Shown here: positions 42,123-43,521 of the stretch, piece after piece
Layout: each line of letters begins with the position of its first letter
How positions within the stretch are numbered: the stretch's first letter is position 1
Virus record (IMG/VR): IMGVR_UViG_2872185964_000007
Origin: a virus
Lineage: Duplodnaviria > Heunggongvirae > Uroviricota > Caudoviricetes
Length of the DNA: 43,521 bases
Reading direction: 5' to 3' (one strand)
Position numbers and translations under genes: made by a program
Notes under the pieces: generated by a model
Told to the model about the DNA's origin: nothing
Seen by the model: only the letters and a program-made list of their open reading frames with translations
The model's database searches: none

Positions 42123-42541
42123 ATGGAACAGAAAGCATTATCTGCAGAACCCGCAGATCATTTTCAAATGAGTTTAAACTTCAAATGGTTAAACTGGCTT
42201 CACAACCAGGAGCCTCTGTTGCCCGTATTGCCCGGGAACACGATATCAATGATAACCTGCTGTTCAAATGGCTCAGGCTCTGGCAGAACGGAGGGCGCAT
42301 ATCGCGGCGTCTTCCGGTAACAACCTCTTCTGACACTGGCGTTGAATTATTACCTGTGGAGATAACGCCGGATGAGCCGAAAGAACCGGTGGCTGCTCTT
42401 ACTCCGTCTTTATCTACTCAGACTACAGTTAGTGCCAGCTCCTGCAAGGTGGAGTTCCGTCACGGTAACATGACGCTGGAAAATCCTTCACCAGAGCTGC
42501 TCACAGTGTTGATCCGTGAACTGACCGGGAGGGGACGATGA
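42123..42541 (+). pseudogene. IS66 tnpA, frameshifted
   Basis: C-run of 3 (GAACCCGCAG, ~42147-42149) where copy 1 has 4. Confidence 0.8.
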
Positions 42542-42810
42542 TCTCACTCCCGTCAGGCACCCGCATCTGGCTCGTTGCTGGGATAACCGATATGCGTAAG
42601 TCTTTCAACGGGCTGGGTGAACAGGTACAGCATGTGCTGAATGATAATCCCTTCTCCGGTCACCTGTTCATCTTCCGTGGCCGACGGGGTGACATGATTA
42701 AAATCCTGTGGGCTGATGCTGATGGTCTGTGCCTGTTCACCAGACGCCTGGAGGAAGGCCAGTTTATCTGGCCTGCTGTGCGTGACGGCAAGGTATCCAT
42801 TACCCGCTAG
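42538..42810 (+). pseudogene. IS66 tnpB, premature stop
   Basis: TAG at 42808-42810 where copy 1 has TCG (Ser); the protein loses its last 26 residues. Confidence 0.8.
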
Positions 42811-42918
42811 CAACTGGCAATGCTCCTCGATAAGCTGGACTGGCGTCAGCCAAAAACATCCCGCCTTAACGCACTGACAATGTTGTAAAAATGTCATGGC
42901 CGGATTATAAAAACGGCC

Positions 42919-43521
42919 ATGAATCAAAAATACCTCATTCGCATTGCAGAACTGGAATGCCAGCTCCGTCAGAAAGACCAGCAACTGAGTCTGGTTGAAG
43001 AGACGGAGGCCTTCCTGCGCTCTGCACTGGCCCGCGCCGAAGAAAAGATCGAAGAAGATGAACGGGAAATAGAACATCTGCGGGCTCAGATAGAAAAACT
43101 GCGCCGGATGCTGTTCGGTACCCGTTCTGAAAAACTGCGTCGTGAAGTTGAACAGGCTGAGGCCCTGCTGAAACAACGCGAACAGGACAGTGATCGTTAC
43201 AGTGGGCGGGAAGACGATCCGCAGGTTCCCCGCCAGTTGCGACAGTCTCGTCATCGTCGCCCGTTACCGGAGCATCTGCCCCGCGAAATAAATCGCCTGG
43301 AGCCAGAAGAAAGCTGTTGCCCGGAGTGTGGCGGTGAGCTGGATTATCTGGGGGAAGTCAGCGCAGAACAACTGGAACTGGTGAGCAGCGCTCTGAAAGT
43401 GATCCGCACAGAACGGGTAAAAAAAGCCTGTACAAAATGTGACTGCATCGTTGAAGCACCGGCACCATCCCGTCCGATAGAGCGTGGTATCGCGGGCCCG
43501 GGTTACTTGCCCGCGTGTTAA
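42919..43521 (+). pseudogene. IS66 tnpC, frameshifted near the window edge
   Basis: G-run of 3 (GGGCCCGGGTTAC, ~43499-43502) where copy 1 has 4; reading frame ends in TAA at 43519-43521. Confidence 0.75.

Larger units (their letters stand above)
42037..43521 (+). mobile_element. IS66-family element, copy 2 (partial, runs off the window), all three genes inactivated
   Basis: Terminus GTAAGCGTAAACTGACC at 42037; near-identical to copy 1 except for three lesions. Confidence 0.85.

Overview
43.5-kb enterobacterial (E. coli/Shigella-type) chromosomal window dominated by insertion sequences and gene decay. Left to right: rcnR and a truncated rcnA; an IS110-family (IS1111-type) element carrying a nested IS1; IS1-variant and IS2 fragments; a CP4-44-like cryptic-prophage module (DUF932 pseudogene, antirestriction-like gene, RadC-like, YeeT-like, CbeA/CbtA type IV toxin-antitoxin, YeeW-like); a second, intact copy of the IS1111-type element abutting an IS66-family element; the housekeeping block ruvC-yebC-nudB-aspS; yecD split by a second, unrelated IS110-type element; yecE split by IS1 and then cut by the right end of a degraded lambda-like prophage (dinI-like gene with two LexA boxes, tail fibre, lom, J, I, K, L, M, H, G/T, V, U, Z, FII, FI, E, D, C, truncated B; at least 11 structural genes are frameshifted); a repeat-rich non-coding region; an IS911-like element; and a second, mutated IS66 copy running off the window. 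No rRNA, tRNA or CRISPR array was recognised. Most notable: candidate guide-RNA regions in both IS110-family elements, evidence that the IS1111-type element inserted into the GTAAGCG terminus of the IS66 element, an sRNA-like moron between tail genes I and J, and three tandem 53-bp hairpin repeats beside the truncated prophage end. Everything was read by eye from the sequence and ORF track; protein identities rest on remembered family sequences, not a database search, and element boundaries are approximate (+/-5 bp).
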